A DNA stretch of 38,007 nucleotides from Bdellovibrionia bacterium (GTDB taxonomy: Bacteria > Bdellovibrionota > UBA1018). Location: the NCBI GenBank assembly GCA_049424145.1, contig JBMSSC010000009.1, positions 1 through 38,007 on the forward strand. Direction: 5' to 3'. The notes under the pieces were generated by a model that made no database searches, was not told where the DNA came from, and was given only the letters and a program-made list of their open reading frames with translations. This document shows, in pieces, positions 28,378 to 38,006 of the stretch (the first letter of the stretch is position 1; each line of letters opens with the position of its first letter). Position numbers and translations under genes: made by a program.

Positions 28378-29775
28378 ATGATCCAAAAGTGGCGTGTGCT
28401 TTTTTCAGTGGCCTGTGGAACGTTTATGGCAACGCTGGACTCCAGCATCGTCAACATTGCGCTTCCGACATTGACCAAAACTCTTCATGCGGACCTGCTG
28501 CGTCTGAAGTGGGTGATCTTAATTTACTTGCTCGTGATCACTTGCTTGCTCTTACCCCTGGGGCGCTTGTCGGATCACTTTGGCCGAAAGGTCATGTATC
28601 AACTGGGATTTTTCATTTTTATCTTAGGCTCAACGTTCTGTGCTTTCTCTCCGTCCTTGGCGTGGTTAGTGATTCATCGCGGGGTGCAAGCAGTGGGCGG
28701 CGCCATGCTCATGGCCAACGGTCCTGCCATTATCACCACGGAGTTTGCCGCACGACAACGAGGGGGGGCGTTAGGCATCTTAGGGATGGTCGTGAGTGCA
28801 GGGTTGCTCTCGGGACCCGGGCTAGGCGGGCTTTTGATTGAGCATTTAGGCTGGCGGAGTATTTTTCTCATGAATGTCCCGGTGGGGATGTTAGGTATCG
28901 TCTTTGTTCATTACTTTGTGAAAAAAGATGAGAAGCGTCCGGACACCTTTGCATTTGATTGGCTCGGTGCTTGGATTCAGGCGGTAGTGCTTCTGTTGTG
29001 CACCTTAGTCTTTGATCGTCACTTGATCTCGCTTGCTCAGGTGTCGTATTCGGTTTTGGCGTTGTTGCTGGTGTTTTTTTCGGGCCTCCTCATCTGGGTG
29101 GAGCGACGCGCTCAGATGCCGCTTTTGGATTTGTCCTTACTTAAGGACCCCACCTTTTGGTCAGCCAATTTGGCAAGCTTCTTAACCTTCGTGGCCTTCT
29201 CCTCTGTGAATATTTTAATGCCGTTTTTCTTGGAAGGGGTGCTGCATTTTACTCCCAGTAAGGCAGCCTTGTTCATGACGGCCATACCGGTGACGATTTT
29301 TGTGGTGGCGCCGTTAAGCGGGAGGCTGTCGGATCGGGTGGGGAGTCAGGGCTTGAGCTTTTTCGGTGCTCTCATTGGGGGCTTGGGCTTATTTTCCATG
29401 GCCGGGGCCTTTGGACGGGGTATGGATCAAAGTACGCAGAGTTTAGTGATCCTGCTGGAGCTAGCCTCCATTGGGCTTGCAACCGGGCTGTTTCAATCGC
29501 CCAATAATAGTGCCATCATGGGCGCGGTGCCTTTGAAGAAGCTGGGAGTGGCCTCGGCGATGCTGGCGACCGTAAGAAACTTAGGCCTCGTGTTTGGAAC
29601 GGGGCTTTCGACCTCGTTATTTACCTGGAGGCAGCAGTCCTCAGGGGACTTTATTTTATCGTTTCATATGACTCTTTTTTTTGCAGGACTCGTGGCGATG
29701 GGAGCAACTTTAGCTTCCCTCACCAAACGCAGCGCACCTCAGGGGGTAATTAAAACTCATGATCTGGAAGCCTAA
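28378..29775 (+). CDS. MFS transporter, DHA2/EmrB-QacA-like (about 14 TM)
   Basis: FMATLDSSIVNIALP, motif A GRLSDHFGRK, RGVQAVGGA, GPGLGGLL, WRSIFLMNVPVG, second GRLSDRVG, FQSPNNSAIM. Confidence 0.93.
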   Translation: MIQKWRVLFSVACGTFMATLDSSIVNIALPTLTKTLHADLLRLKWVILIYLLVITCLLLPLGRLSDHFGRKVMYQLGFFIFILGSTFCAFSPSLAWLVIHRGVQAVGGAMLMANGPAIITTEFAARQRGGALGILGMVVSAGLLSGPGLGGLLIEHLGWRSIFLMNVPVGMLGIVFVHYFVKKDEKRPDTFAFDWLGAWIQAVVLLLCTLVFDRHLISLAQVSYSVLALLLVFFSGLLIWVERRAQMPLLDLSLLKDPTFWSANLASFLTFVAFSSVNILMPFFLEGVLHFTPSKAALFMTAIPVTIFVVAPLSGRLSDRVGSQGLSFFGALIGGLGLFSMAGAFGRGMDQSTQSLVILLELASIGLATGLFQSPNNSAIMGAVPLKKLGVASAMLATVRNLGLVFGTGLSTSLFTWRQQSSGDFILSFHMTLFFAGLVAMGATLASLTKRSAPQGVIKTHDLEA

Positions 29776-30829
29776 GGAAAAGGAACTCAGTCTGGATCAA
29801 GCCATTGTGCTGGCTAAACGGGAGCTGGCACCGTATTGGTTGGGTTCGGAACCGCTGATTGCTGCGTTTGAGAAGGATTCACAGCTCATGGCGGTGCCGC
29901 TCAGTGAGAAGATCCAAAAAAAATCTTGGATGCTCTTTTTGGTCGATCCCACGGATTTTGGAACGGAGCTGGCTCTTTCACAGGCCAAGCGCTGGGTTCA
30001 GCGCTATGGATCCCCTCAGTTTGCATTTCTCCTGGTGGTGGTTCCATCCTACGAGTTTCAAAAAAATCCAGACACCCTGCCTGCCCTCCTGGATCGCTTA
30101 CAAGCAGGCTTTCCTGCCGTCTTGGATCACTCCCGGAGCCTATCTGAGGCGTTTCAGGTGAGCGAGTTTCCCTCGGTCGTTCTTTTGGAGAAGGGCCAGA
30201 AAGTATCCCAAAGCTTAGCTCGTGGGGACCTCTCGGAGCTTGAGCTTGAGCTTCAAAATCATTTAAGAAAATCCGATCCAGGCCTTGCGCTGCCTCCTCT
30301 GTCTGCTCCGCTCTCGGGGGTTTTGCGGGATTCGGGTCGCTGGGAGCTAGGCTTTAGCCCATCGTTTGGATCTGGGGCAGAGTTCCCCGATCCTGGCTTT
30401 GAAGATCAAGCCAACGGCACTCGGAGGGGGACCTTTACGTTCGCTCAGTCGCACGCCAACTCCAGTTTTTGGATCGAAGGCAGCTGGACGCAGACGCCGC
30501 AAGGGATTCGAACGCAGGATCCACACGCCCGCATTCAGTTCATCAGCCCGGGCAGTCAAGTGGCCTTGATTGCAGCTTCTGAGGCTTCAAATTCCTCTCC
30601 CATGATTCGAATCGCGGTGGAAGTGCATGGGGTCTCCTCGTTTGATGCGGTGGCGGGAGAGGACTTAAAGATGGATGATTCAGGGGAGTTTCACCTGCGC
30701 ATCACAAAGCCCATGAAGTACCACATGTTGCGTCACTTAAGGCCGGGGCGCAGGAAGGTCACCCTGCACTTTTCCCAGCTCCAGGGGCAAGCGGTGACTT
30801 TGTACGGACTGCGCTTTGCTGAGGGATGA
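29759..30829 (+). CDS. DipZ-like protein (thioredoxin-like fold plus C-terminal beta domain) lacking CxxC
   Basis: WLGSEPL, VVVPSYEFQK, FPAVLD, EFPSVVLL, then IEGSW...GEDL...KYHML...TLYGLRF. This parallels the DipZ soluble domains by eye. The protein contains no cysteine. Confidence 0.6.
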   Translation: MIWKPKEKELSLDQAIVLAKRELAPYWLGSEPLIAAFEKDSQLMAVPLSEKIQKKSWMLFLVDPTDFGTELALSQAKRWVQRYGSPQFAFLLVVVPSYEFQKNPDTLPALLDRLQAGFPAVLDHSRSLSEAFQVSEFPSVVLLEKGQKVSQSLARGDLSELELELQNHLRKSDPGLALPPLSAPLSGVLRDSGRWELGFSPSFGSGAEFPDPGFEDQANGTRRGTFTFAQSHANSSFWIEGSWTQTPQGIRTQDPHARIQFISPGSQVALIAASEASNSSPMIRIAVEVHGVSSFDAVAGEDLKMDDSGEFHLRITKPMKYHMLRHLRPGRRKVTLHFSQLQGQAVTLYGLRFAEG

Positions 30830-31939
30830 GGCGAGCTCAGCCCAGAGCCGTTGAGCCACGGGATCGGTTTCCGTTTTACTTTGGCTTTGAATTTGGGAGA
30901 AAAGCTCCGGATTGAGCTCCAGAATTTCAGGGGCCTGTTGGAGTGCATTTTTGAGGCTTAAGGCGAGGTTGCGTCGAAACTGCGAGGGTTTGATTCGACT
31001 TAAGGCCGAGTGCTTCACGCGGGTTTGGTATTGGGTGTTGGATTCCGAAAGTAACTCATCCCAGGTGGATCGAGCCGTGGCTCCCAGGGATTCAACGGAG
31101 GCAGGCTTGAGTTGGGCTTCTTCCTGGCGTTGAGGCTTCAGATTAAAAGGGCAAGCCTCCTGGCAAAGGTCACAGCCTGCAATCCAGCCACCCATCTGCT
31201 GTTCCGTGGACGGGGGAACTTGAAGCTCTCCTTTTTTTTCCAATGTTAAGTAGGCAATGCAGTGGTTGGAGTTTAAGCGATGGGGTGCTTCCAGGGCCCC
31301 GGTGGGGCAGCCTTGGAGGCACCGAGTGCAGTGGCCGCACAAGGAGGGAAGAGGCGAGGGGAGTTGTCCTGTTTTTTGATTCAAGAGAACCACCGCCAGA
31401 AAAAAATAACTGCCCAGCTTGGGATGAATGAGTAGTGTGTTTTTTCCGATCCATCCCAGTCCTGCGAGAGCGGCCCAGGTTCTCTCCAGCACGGCACTGG
31501 TGTCGACGGTGATCTTCCAGCGGAGCGGAAGGTCGGATGATTTTTTAAACTGTGCTTCCACTTGGCTCATCACCTGAGTTAAGCGATGCGTGATTTCCTC
31601 ATGGTAGTCGGGTCCCTGTAAGTAGCGGGCGTACCTGGGTCCTGTTTTCAGTTCTCTCTGACCTGCGGGGCGTCTTGGGTAGGGAAGACCCACGCAAAAG
31701 AGGCTTTGAGTCTCAGGGAAGACCAGTCGTGGATTGGCCCTGCGATCTCGCCCGCGCTTTAAGTACTCCATGCTGCCTGCAAAGCCTGAGGCCAGCCATT
31801 GATCCAAATGATTCACATGCGCTTGAAACAGACCTTGAGGATCATTGAGGACCGCATCCAGGTCCACACTTCCAGCCAGTGGAAAACCAGACTGATGGGC
31901 CGTGTGAACTAAAAGCTCATGAAGATCCGAAGGAGCCAT
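30737..31939 (-). CDS. queG: tRNA epoxyqueuosine reductase
   Basis: GSMEYL..R.NP, ARY..GPDYH, VDTSAVLER, AGLGWIGKNTLLI..GSYFFL, CGHCTRCLQGCPTGAL, CIAYLTLE, GCDLCQEACPFN. Confidence 0.95.
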   Translation of the reverse strand: MAPSDLHELLVHTAHQSGFPLAGSVDLDAVLNDPQGLFQAHVNHLDQWLASGFAGSMEYLKRGRDRRANPRLVFPETQSLFCVGLPYPRRPAGQRELKTGPRYARYLQGPDYHEEITHRLTQVMSQVEAQFKKSSDLPLRWKITVDTSAVLERTWAALAGLGWIGKNTLLIHPKLGSYFFLAVVLLNQKTGQLPSPLPSLCGHCTRCLQGCPTGALEAPHRLNSNHCIAYLTLEKKGELQVPPSTEQQMGGWIAGCDLCQEACPFNLKPQRQEEAQLKPASVESLGATARSTWDELLSESNTQYQTRVKHSALSRIKPSQFRRNLALSLKNALQQAPEILELNPELFSQIQSQSKTETDPVAQRLWAELASSLSKAQSVQSHRLPLELGKVQGDLPAPRP

Positions 31940-31953
31940 CCCAAGAGCAGAGA

Positions 31954-33510
31954 TTAAAACGCTTGCGTTTGAGCTGGAGAGGAAGCCATGCCAAGCGCAG
32001 TGGTTAAGCCAGGGGTTTCAGACGCAGTGGGGGTGCTCTCTGGGATTCTTGCAGGGGAGAGGATTCGAGTGATGCGGCCCACTAAGTCTTGAGCCAGGGC
32101 TTCGGTGATCTCCACCTCAACTAAGTCCCCGGGGTGCACCAAGGTCGCCTCTGGGAGAATGTCGTTGATTAAAAGGTGACCATCAATCTCCTGCGCCTGC
32201 GTGGGCATGCGAGCTTGAAGCAGGAGATCCGACTCAGCGCTCTTGCCTTCGACTAAGGCTTGAACCTTTTGGCCCAAGTACTTTTCATGGTTTTTGAGTC
32301 GTTGCTCTTCAAGAAGCGCCGTTAAGATCCGAGCGCGTTTTCTTTTGGTGGCCGGATGAATCTGATCCGTCATGAGTGCGGCAGCCGTGCCCTCCTCTTT
32401 GGAGTAGCGAAAAATGCCCACGTGATCCAGATTCAGCTCGGTTAAGTCACGGCAGAGGGCTTGAAAATCCTCCTCCGTCTCCCCTGGAAAACCCACAATG
32501 ATCGAGGTTCGAAACACAAGGCCTGGGATCTGAGCGCGAAGCTTGGAGATGAGATCAAAGAGCTTTTCTCGCGTGAGTCGTCGATTCATCTGCTTGAGGA
32601 CGCGGTCGGAGGTGTGTTGAATCGGCATGTCGAGGTATTTGACAATCTTAGGCTCGCGCGCCATGAGGGCAACGAGTTCGTCGGAGAATTGATCCGGGTA
32701 CACGTAGTGCAGGCGAATCCAATCGATCCCATCCACTTGGCAAAGCTGGGGCAGGAGGGTTTCTAAGCGTTCCTTGTACTTCCACTCCATGCCGTACTCG
32801 GTTAAGTCCTGCGCCACGAGGTTGAGCTCACGGACTCCTTGGGATGCTAAGTGACGTGCTTCGGCCACCAATGACTCAGGCGTTCTGGAGCGGACGTTTC
32901 CTCGGAGCTTGGGAATGATACAAAAGGCACATCTGCGGTTACAGCCCTCGGAGAGCTTAAGGAAGGCCGAGTGCTTGGGCCCGGTGTGAACGCGAGGGTC
33001 GTTTTCCGTGTGAATGAAGGCAGGTTGATCCACATACGAGCGCTGCGGGAGGGGAGCGCCCAGTTCGAGTGCTTTCCCATGGGCGTTGAGCAGTTCGGTG
33101 ATTCGGTGGTACTGCCCAGTTCCAATGAGCAGGTCCACTTCGGGGAGCTCTTTTTCCAGCTCTTTTGCGTAGCGCTGAGGCAGGCAGCCTGAGGCCACTA
33201 AGACCTTACAGCGCCCTGTTTGCTTGAGCTGGGCCATTTCTAAGATGGTGTCAATTGACTCCTCTTGGGAGGCTTGAATGAAGGAGCACGTGTTAATGAT
33301 GATCACTTCCGCTTCACTGGCTTCTTGAGTAATCGTGTAGCGGTCTTTTTCTAAAAGCCCCAGCATCACTTGAGAGTCGACGAGGTTTTTTGGGCACCCT
33401 AAGCTCACAAAGTACACTGAGGATGGCCGGGGAGGGGGGGTCTCAGGGGAGGAGGGCTGAACTTCGGGACTGGCGGAAACGGACGATGGACTGAACATAA
33501 GGCTTTTCAT
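31954..33510 (-). CDS. rimO: Ribosomal protein S12 methylthiotransferase
   Basis: FVSLGCPKNLVDS, INTCSFI, GCLPQRY, radical-SAM EGCNRRCAFCIIP, WIRLHYVYP, YLDMPIQH, IVGFPGETEEDF, QAQEIDG (TRAM). Confidence 0.96.
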   Translation of the reverse strand: MKSLMFSPSSVSASPEVQPSSPETPPPRPSSVYFVSLGCPKNLVDSQVMLGLLEKDRYTITQEASEAEVIIINTCSFIQASQEESIDTILEMAQLKQTGRCKVLVASGCLPQRYAKELEKELPEVDLLIGTGQYHRITELLNAHGKALELGAPLPQRSYVDQPAFIHTENDPRVHTGPKHSAFLKLSEGCNRRCAFCIIPKLRGNVRSRTPESLVAEARHLASQGVRELNLVAQDLTEYGMEWKYKERLETLLPQLCQVDGIDWIRLHYVYPDQFSDELVALMAREPKIVKYLDMPIQHTSDRVLKQMNRRLTREKLFDLISKLRAQIPGLVFRTSIIVGFPGETEEDFQALCRDLTELNLDHVGIFRYSKEEGTAAALMTDQIHPATKRKRARILTALLEEQRLKNHEKYLGQKVQALVEGKSAESDLLLQARMPTQAQEIDGHLLINDILPEATLVHPGDLVEVEITEALAQDLVGRITRILSPARIPESTPTASETPGLTTALGMASSPAQTQAF

Positions 33511-33528
33511 CTCGGGTTAGAGGGGGGG

Positions 33529-34026
33529 TTAATCTCGAAAATTTCCAAATTGCATGGGAATCTTAATCTGCTCCTGCTGAGATCGCAGATAAGCAATGGC
33601 ACTTTGGAGGTCATCTCGGTTTTTGCCGCTGACGCGGACTTTTTCATCTTGGATTTGAGGCTGGACCTTGAGCTTGCTCTCCTTTAAGGCAGCGATGATT
33701 TCTTTGCCTTTTTCTTTTGAGATTCCAGCTTGAATTAGAACCAGCTGCCTCACGCTGCCGCCAAAAGCAGGCTCAAGCGGCTTATAGTCTAAGGAGAGCA
33801 AGGAGATCCCGCGTTTGATCAATTTGCTTTGAAATAGATCGTTGAGGGCATCGAGTTTGGCCTCTTCACTGCACCAGAGGGTGACGGTCTTTTCCTTCTG
33901 ATCGAGTTTAATTTCAGCCTTCACGCCTTTGAAATCATAGCGTTGGGAGATTTCTTTGGTGGCCTGGTTGACGGCGTTGTCGAACTCTTGCCAGTGGACT
34001 TCTGAGGAAACATCGAATGAGGGCAT
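33529..34026 (-). CDS. yajQ: YajQ-family nucleotide/c-di-GMP-binding protein
   Basis: [53 protein letters not shown]. Confidence 0.96.
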   Translation of the reverse strand: MPSFDVSSEVHWQEFDNAVNQATKEISQRYDFKGVKAEIKLDQKEKTVTLWCSEEAKLDALNDLFQSKLIKRGISLLSLDYKPLEPAFGGSVRQLVLIQAGISKEKGKEIIAALKESKLKVQPQIQDEKVRVSGKNRDDLQSAIAYLRSQQEQIKIPMQFGNFRD

Positions 34027-34117
34027 CGTGGTTTTAACTCCCGTATTGAAAGCTGAGTGACGGTTCAGCGAGATGGTATACAGAATTAGTCAGTTAAGCG
34101 CAACTGGAAAGTAGGAG

Positions 34118-34771
34118 TTAATCCTGAATGAGGTCGGTTCCTGGCGGGGTGTGAAAAACGAAGCGCTCATCGGGTAGGGGGGCCCCCAGCTGGATTTGAC
34201 TTAAGGTGATCTGGGATTGATTGCCGCCCTGATGAAGGAGGGTGACCTGGGTGATGAGCTGTTGAGCGGGGTCAATGACCAGGGTGGCTTGAGTGACGGA
34301 CTCGGCAGTGCCGGGTTTGGGTGTGATCACAAAGGTGGTGGGGTTTTTCTGAGTCAGGGAGGCCAAGTGAGTGAGGGAAAAAGAGCCCATGAGCAAGGCA
34401 CTTGCGAGCTTGGATTTCACTTGGGAGGCTGGTTTTTGAATCAACTGGCCTCGGTCCCCTTTTTCAAACGGCGGGGTATAAAACCAAAAGACTTTCCCAT
34501 TAGAAACCAGGAGGCTTGGATCCGGGCTTACGGTCTCCCATCTCATCTGAGCGGGGAGTTTCACTTCCAGGGTTCCCCGCGTGGTTTTCTGAGTTCCAAA
34601 CGCCGCATTTTGATTGACCTGTGTGAACTGGGCGGAGAGGGTCAGGGAGCGAGCGTATTTTTTCTCGATCTGAGTGAGCAGGGGAGGGGTGCTTGCTCGG
34701 CTGACCGCAAACGCAGGGAGAGCTCCTAGTCCTAGGACGAGAATCAGGAAGGCGTGTGCCCTCTTAAGCAT
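34118..34771 (-). CDS. lolA: Outer-membrane lipoprotein carrier protein LolA
   Basis: Signal peptide, LSAQFTQ, G.LEVKLP..MRWE, LLVSNGKVFWFY, and C-terminal F.F.TPPGTDLI. The start ATG at 34771 overlaps the smc stop. Confidence 0.85.
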   Translation of the reverse strand: MLKRAHAFLILVLGLGALPAFAVSRASTPPLLTQIEKKYARSLTLSAQFTQVNQNAAFGTQKTTRGTLEVKLPAQMRWETVSPDPSLLVSNGKVFWFYTPPFEKGDRGQLIQKPASQVKSKLASALLMGSFSLTHLASLTQKNPTTFVITPKPGTAESVTQATLVIDPAQQLITQVTLLHQGGNQSQITLSQIQLGAPLPDERFVFHTPPGTDLIQD

Positions 34772-37700
34772 GCATTTCAATGGAGACCATCTTGGAAACA
34801 CCGGGCTCCTCCATCGTCACGCCATAGAGGGTGTCGTTGAGCTCCATGGTCTTCTTATTGTGAGTGATCAGAATGAACTGGCTTTTCGCCGACATTTCTT
34901 TGAGAAGGGCATTGAACTTCCCAATGTTGGCATCATCCAAGGGCGCATCCACTTCGTCTAAGACGCAAAACGGAGAGGGCTTGACCATGAAGATGGCAAA
35001 GATCAAGGACACAGCAGTGAGTGCTTTTTCTCCCCCGGAGAGCAGTGTGATGTTGGAGACTTTCTTCCCTGGAGGCTGCGCCAAGATGTCCACGCCGGCC
35101 TCTAAGATGTCCTGAGAGTTCTCAGGGTAGATCAGCGAGAGCTTGGCTGATCCGCCACCAAAAATCACGGGGAATAATTTCTCAAATCGCTCGGCAATGG
35201 CTTCAAAGGCTTTGCGGTAGCGCTCCTCTGAGGTTTTATTGATGTGGTCGATGGCCTCTTGTAAGTTAGTCAACGAACGATCGAGGTCTGCCTTTTCATT
35301 GAGCAGATGATCGTAGCGCTTTTTCAGCTGATCGTGCTCTTCAATGGCCATGACGTTGACTTCGCCCAATCTGCGGATTCGTTCGCGGAGTCGCTCCACT
35401 TGCTCCCCAAGAGCAATTTCTTCTTCGGCCGAGAGTTCTTGGATTTCTTGAAGTTCACGGGACTGTTCAGAGGCGGGCTGAGTGAGGGATTCCTGCTCGC
35501 CCTGTTCCGTGTCAGTCTCTGATTCGGAGCTCTCATTTATGACCACAGGTTGGGCTTGCAGGCAGCCAGGGCCGTATTTTTCCTCTAAATTGAGCACCAA
35601 GTGCGAGAGCTCAGCTGAGATCTTCTCAAGTTCTACGGCAATTTGAGTGGCCTCAGACGTTTGAGTTTCACTGCCTTTGTGAAGGGCTTTGATTCGCTCC
35701 ATGCCGCCTTGAACTCGACTGTTGAGCTGCTCCATGCGGTCTTTGACTGTGGAGAGCTCATCTTTGGAGGTGGTCAGGGAGTAGGTGAGTTCCTCGATTT
35801 TCTGGGTGAGCTCGGATTCTCCACCCTGGTGTTGGGCTTGCTCCTGTGAGGCGCGCTCCAGAGTTCGAGTGATCTCCACAGAGCGTCGTTTGCGATCGGA
35901 AATCAGGGATTGAAGGCTTTGGAGTTCCCGTCTTAAGCTACTTAGGCGTTCTTTCAGGGAGACTTCTTGGATGCGAACGCTTTGTAGTTGAGTTTCTTTT
36001 TCCCTGAGCTCTGAGTCCTGAGTGGAGAGGTTAGTCTCGGCTGCAAGAAGGGTTTCCTCAAGCTGCATTTTCTGAGTCACGAGGTCTTGGATTTGGAGCC
36101 GGATCTCTTCCTGTGCTTCCGTCGCGTGCGCTTGTTCGTTCATCGCCTCTTGGTGATCCTGCTCAAGAGAACTGAAGTGTCGGGTGGCTTCGGCCAAAGC
36201 GCGCTCGGTTTGGTGAAGGTCTCGCTGCAGAGCTGCGGATTGGATTTCCACCTGCTGAAACTCGTCTTGAAGCGCGGCCTTTCTGGCGCGTAAGAGTTCG
36301 ACTTTTTCCTGGCTCTGCTGCACTTGATGTTCAAGTTCAGCGTGAGCTTCGTCTGCTTGTGCGGCCTGCCCTTTGAGCTCTTCAATGGCGTGCTTTCGCT
36401 TTAAAATCCCAATGGCTCCTGAGGCCTCAAGACTTCCTCCTCGGATCGCTCCTTCGGGCTCGACTACAACTCCATCCAGGCTCACCACTGCCCAGCCTAA
36501 AAGCGCAGGGGCCGCCTTAGATTGGAACAGAGGCTTTAAAGAATGAGACGACTCCACCACGCAAACCTGGGCAAAGAGGTCCTGCAGTGCCGAGAGCTGG
36601 GAGAACTGAGTTTTCGGACTCACAAACTGGGAGAGTTCACCTAGGACTGAAATTCCTGCTTGAGTGAGATTTTCTGAAACGTCTGCAAATGAACCGTGGG
36701 CTTGGCTGGGGCGATGGGTGGAGAGCACCTGCCGCTGGATGCTCACGCGGCCTTGCTTCTGAGTCTTCACTTCTTCTAAAAGCTCGAGCAAAAACTCGGA
36801 GGACTCCCCGGTCTCATCTGAGAGTGAAACGAGGGTGTCGATTCGGCTTTCAAGCCAGGACTGAAGCACGAGTTCATAGCCACTTTTGACTTGCAGAGCA
36901 TCAGTTAAGGGCTGGATTTGATGGGTCTTGCCGTGAGCTTTGGCCCAGTCTAAGGCGGCCTTGGGTCCATCCGAAAGGCCTTCATGTGCTGCATCGAGCT
37001 CCTCTAAGCTTTGGAGCTTGGATTTCAGCTGGGTTAAGGCGCGAAGCGATTGGTCTTTTTGCTTTTCTTGCTCTCGAAGCTCGAGCTCATCGTTTTGCAG
37101 GGTCTCAGCATGGGATTTCTTCTCAGCAAGCAGAGTCTCTTTTTGGGCCTGCAGCTCGGAGGAAGAGCAGGAGAGTCTTTCCTTCTCCTCGTGGATTTCT
37201 GCCAGGCGCTCTTTTTGGATCTCCAGTTGTTGGGCGAGTCTCTCCATTTGAGCCTGAGCCGACTCGGCCTTACTGGCGAGACCTGAGGCTTGAGAGGTGA
37301 GCTCTGAGATTTCTGAAACCTGGGATCTGAGCTCATGCTGAGTGGAGTGCATCTGCGAGCGCACGGTCTCCGTCTCGCGTCTCAGTTGGAAGAGAGTCTC
37401 GTTCATCTCCTGCAGCTCACTTGAGAGCTGCGCAAAGCGTTCCTCAACTTGGAGGACTTCCTGCTCGATTTCAACTTCGCGGGCTTGATCGCTTTGGAGC
37501 GTGATCTCGAGCTCCGATTTTTCTTGCCCCAAGGCCTCCAGTTGAAGGGCTAGGTCACCCTTTCTTTGTCGGGAGAGCTCCAGTGCGCTTCTCTCATGCG
37601 AGAGCTCATCGGCTAGGTCCTGAATCTTAGCCTGGTAGAGTTCAGCCGTCTTCGTTTCTGTCAGCAGGGCGACGCGATCCACTTCAATGGAGTTCTCGGC

Positions 37701-38006
37701 ACTCTGGAGCTCGGCTTTTAATCCCACTAAGTCTTGCTCGAGGGTCTCTTTTCTCTGTTTTAAGGAGTCAAGCCTGCGCTGAGAGAGCGCGTATTTTCGT
37801 TTTCCCCACGAGATTTCAACACTAAACAGCTCGTCTTTGTACTTTTTGTACTGGCGGGCTTTTTGAGCCTGTCTTTCTAAAGAAGCCAGGCTTTTTTCGA
37901 TCTCCTGAATGATGTCGGTTAAGCGAGCAAGATTTGCTTGCGTGGCCTCCATCTTTTTTAACGATTCTTTTTTACGTGCTTTGTACTTGGCGATTCCTGC
38001 GGCTTC
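34764..38006 (-). CDS. smc: Chromosome segregation protein SMC; N-terminus lies beyond the window end
   Basis: The frame is open to the window edge (EAAGIAKYKARK...). It has long coiled coils, a hinge (SLDG...GAIRGG), LGEVNVMAIEE, signature LLSGGEKALTA, and Walker B/D-loop VLDEVDAPLDDAN, plus FILITHNK. Confidence 0.97.
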   Translation of the reverse strand, partial: EAAGIAKYKARKKESLKKMEATQANLARLTDIIQEIEKSLASLERQAQKARQYKKYKDELFSVEISWGKRKYALSQRRLDSLKQRKETLEQDLVGLKAELQSAENSIEVDRVALLTETKTAELYQAKIQDLADELSHERSALELSRQRKGDLALQLEALGQEKSELEITLQSDQAREVEIEQEVLQVEERFAQLSSELQEMNETLFQLRRETETVRSQMHSTQHELRSQVSEISELTSQASGLASKAESAQAQMERLAQQLEIQKERLAEIHEEKERLSCSSSELQAQKETLLAEKKSHAETLQNDELELREQEKQKDQSLRALTQLKSKLQSLEELDAAHEGLSDGPKAALDWAKAHGKTHQIQPLTDALQVKSGYELVLQSWLESRIDTLVSLSDETGESSEFLLELLEEVKTQKQGRVSIQRQVLSTHRPSQAHGSFADVSENLTQAGISVLGELSQFVSPKTQFSQLSALQDLFAQVCVVESSHSLKPLFQSKAAPALLGWAVVSLDGVVVEPEGAIRGGSLEASGAIGILKRKHAIEELKGQAAQADEAHAELEHQVQQSQEKVELLRARKAALQDEFQQVEIQSAALQRDLHQTERALAEATRHFSSLEQDHQEAMNEQAHATEAQEEIRLQIQDLVTQKMQLEETLLAAETNLSTQDSELREKETQLQSVRIQEVSLKERLSSLRRELQSLQSLISDRKRRSVEITRTLERASQEQAQHQGGESELTQKIEELTYSLTTSKDELSTVKDRMEQLNSRVQGGMERIKALHKGSETQTSEATQIAVELEKISAELSHLVLNLEEKYGPGCLQAQPVVINESSESETDTEQGEQESLTQPASEQSRELQEIQELSAEEEIALGEQVERLRERIRRLGEVNVMAIEEHDQLKKRYDHLLNEKADLDRSLTNLQEAIDHINKTSEERYRKAFEAIAERFEKLFPVIFGGGSAKLSLIYPENSQDILEAGVDILAQPPGKKVSNITLLSGGEKALTAVSLIFAIFMVKPSPFCVLDEVDAPLDDANIGKFNALLKEMSAKSQFILITHNKKTMELNDTLYGVTMEEPGVSKMVSIEMHA

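Noticed and set aside
34027..34117. Two small hairpins upstream of yajQ as a possible c-di-GMP riboswitch
   Set aside because: No GEMM consensus features, and the stems are only 5-6 bp.
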